This document shows, piece after piece, positions 61,439 to 64,000 of a DNA stretch of 64,000 bases (position 1 is the first letter of the stretch; the number at the start of each line of letters is the position of its first letter). The stretch is from Haliotis rufescens (lineage: Eukaryota), in NCBI RefSeq assembly GCF_023055435.1, contig NW_025964068.1, positions 3,782,001 to 3,846,000 of the forward strand. Direction: 5' to 3'. The notes under the pieces were generated by a model, which worked only from the letters and a program-made list of their open reading frames with translations, searched no databases and was not told the DNA's origin. The position numbers were made by a program, and so were the translations under genes.

Positions 61439-62925
61439 ACTTCCCTCCTTTACGTGAAGCTTGGACCCCAAGCTTATATGAGTCCAAATTGATATGTGTG
61501 AGTTTTTTCACCAATGAAAACGACCATGCAAATGTGAACAAAATCAGTGACATGAAATCCTTATGCAACAAATATATCTATGCAATGGCGGTATGAAAGT
61601 GATCATCTAGCCAATTTGAATTAGTGCCAGTTTGAAAACTAACCAAGTGATCTTTGTAATGTGCAATTTCACTACAAGGTAATTACTGCTTTGCACAGAT
61701 TCAATAAATATATCACTGAAGGTTCTTTGAATTCAGGAGTCTAGTTTGGCAGTGCGACTCAGTACCGAATAATGATAATGAGTAATGTCATAAAAAGTAC
61801 AAATTAAACATCTCAGCAAATATTTCACATAAAGAAATTTGAAACCAGGAGTCTAGCTTTACCGCGTGACTCAAACGGTACTTGTGGGTACTATTGCCCT
61901 TTTAAGTACAATGGGTGCTCCTCCCGTGTCTTTGACGGAGCTTGCCCAGATATTGTGGGTGCGATGCCCAAGAAAAAAAAATCCTTAATTCCGACATCAA
62001 AACTCTGAAATGCTGAATACTGCTGTGCTGTTAATTACTTAATACTGACATACAATAAACATATGTGTGGGGGTGGCTCACCCATGAATATCCCTAATCT
62101 GAATTCAAAGTCCTAGACAATACATTCAATTTTGTACCAAACTGTGCACATTAATTACTTGTAACAAATGACAAATTTTGTCGTTTAGATTTTTGAAATT
62201 ACGAGTCGAGCTTTAAGGTGTGACTCGATAACCCTACAGCTTAGGTTTGTCTGGGCCCTAGCTGTAACTATATGTCTGGCGTGGCCTGGAGACATTTCAA
62301 AGATTCCCTACACAATAACTTCAAAGATCTAGCTTGACTAAAGATGTAATTTGGAGTATATTGCACATATATAAAACTGAATTTTTGAAAGACACATTTT
62401 GGCATTAATATACTGGCTTTGATTAAACATACCTGGTTGCAATATTCAACAGTCACACAATATATATCCTTGATTGAGTCCATGTAAGTAAACACAAATT
62501 AATAAGTCCCCATGAGATATCTTGTACACAGTGTCCATCTTGTAGGTGCCCGTGAGGCGGTTTCTGTATTGTGCAGGGTCTGTATGATGATGGATGGCTG
62601 TGGTCGGATCTCTGTGGGATAGGCGTGTATACTTCTTTCCTTTGGTCCTGTACAGTGTGCAGGAACGACATCTTGAAGGGGAAGTCTTAGCCGTGTTGCT
62701 TAGATATTTGAGCAGGGAAGGTTTGGGATCGGAGAACTTGTCCTTGATTGGAGAGGTTCTCGTTCTTTCTTCAATCTTGTTAAAGGCCATTTCTTCGTTC
62801 TTGGTGACTGGCCTCCAGGAAGGTAGTATATCCTTTTAAAAAGAGACTGTCACTTCCTACAGTTTTGTGAACCATATGCCATGCTGCAAAGAGGTACAGG
62901 AAAGGACAGACTAAGAAGTCTGTCA

Positions 62926-62943
62926 TACCCGATAGCTCCACCA
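62926..62943 (-). promoter_or_regulatory. Primer-binding site (tRNA-Ala-like)
   Basis: Minus strand TGGTGGAGCTATCGGGTA directly after LTR end GTTAC-TT; complementary to a ...CTCCACCA tRNA 3' end. Confidence 0.7.
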
Positions 62944-62944
62944 A

Positions 62945-63505
62945 AGTAACAACACGTGTCGGTCCGACATTGATTAATGAACGATTTGCATACTCGTATA
63001 TGCAAGGGGCCGACGTATGGTTCTCAGTAGGAAGTGACAACTTGGAGACGATGGCTTGCGGTATATACAGTTTTACTTTATACATGTAGATATATACATA
63101 CAAAAGACACTATGTGCCAGGTCAGCACATAGTGGTAGTGGTTGTTGTCTAGGTGCCCCGGAAGCACCCAGCCTAACCCTAGCTAGGCTAAGGGTAAGAC
63201 CTTTCTTTTCCTCTCCTCTTCTCTCCTCTCTGGACCAAGGCTAATATAGCCAAGGTCACCTGACATTTAGTAAGTAATAAATATAAATGTAAACAGTAAA
63301 TCATCAGTGACATACTTGCACATCCTGTTCAAGATGGCAGACGGTCGATGTACACAAAACTGGGGATTAACAATTAGGATTAGCATCTTATAAATAACAG
63401 CAATTAAATGTTTCAAGGCATATAGATGTCATGGCTCCAGGGTAATGAGCCTTTGCAATTAAATGTTCTTCAGACAATGGGTGTCGTAAATCAGTCGCCA
63501 TGACA
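62945..63505 (-). repeat. Central LTR (chimeric)
   Basis: Starts TGTCATGG after PPT 63507-63518; 63229-63524 matches 61162-61457 with 2 mismatches; the remainder differs. Confidence 0.72.
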
Positions 63506-63518
63506 ACTTCCCTCCTTT

Positions 63519-64000
63519 ACGTGAGAGAGCATCGGCATTCCCATTGGCTTTGCCGCTGCGGTGAACAATGTCAAAAGTGTAGGTAGAAAGTTCCAAAGAC
63601 CATCGCCCTAACCTACCTGTGGCATCCTTGATGGATTTCAGCCACTTCAATGCTATATGATCAGTGTAGACTGTGAATTTTGAATTTGCAAGGTATGGAC
63701 GAAAGGATCTAATGGCTTCAACTAGAGCTAAGCCTTCCTTTTCTGTAATGCTCCAGTTCTTTTCGCTGCCATGAAGAGCTCTACCACCATAAGCTATTGG
63801 ATGTTCATTATTCTTCTCGTCTTTTTGACTCAAAACAAAACCTATGCTCATATCACTGGCATCAGTTGCAAGAAGAAATTCTTTGTCAAAATTTGGATAC
63901 GCCAGAACAGGTGTATTACTCATAGCATGTTTGAGTGTGTTGAATGCCTGATCACACTCAAGTGACCATTGGAACTTTGGTTTCTTTCCTAGTTCTGCCT
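63519..64000 (-). pseudogene. Gypsy pol fragment: RT connection + RNase H, integrase missing
   Basis: FQWSLECDQAFNTLK..PVLAYPNF..ATDAS..IAYGGRAL..EKEGLA..YTDH..RLGRW..NADALSR, then fused to the PPT/LTR. Confidence 0.92.

Larger units (their letters stand above)
60908..64000 (-). mobile_element. Rearranged Ty3/Gypsy LTR retrotransposon complex (continues beyond window)
   Basis: RT-connection/RNase H ORF, two PPTs, two LTRs sharing U3, one PBS. Confidence 0.88.

Overview
This is eukaryotic (animal) genomic DNA, most likely a mollusc judging from the SINE and satellite repertoire (inference). Two spliced protein-coding genes lie head-to-tail on the + strand. (1) The 3' 16 coding exons (329-19851, 724 aa in window) of a rabaptin-5/RABEP ortholog ending in a FYVE zinc finger. 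(2) The first coding exon (34539-35198) of an SH2B-family adaptor (Phe-zipper plus start of the PH domain), preceded by a CpG-rich promoter-like region and followed by a >28 kb intron. The 8-kb RABEP intron (10296-18316) holds two degenerate nested DIRS (tyrosine-recombinase) retrotransposons with ITRs and an ICR-like copy. The window end holds a rearranged Ty3/Gypsy LTR complex on the - strand. Also present: at least three SINE families (many with TSDs), several MITEs, a non-autonomous hAT element, and about ten minisatellites. Most notable are a non-tRNA SINE whose fixed 5' head can fold into a pseudoknotted RNA (candidate ribozyme), a 184-bp templated patch copied between inverted SINEs 14 kb apart, a chimeric LTR, and RABEP-SH2B adjacency mirroring human 16p11.2.
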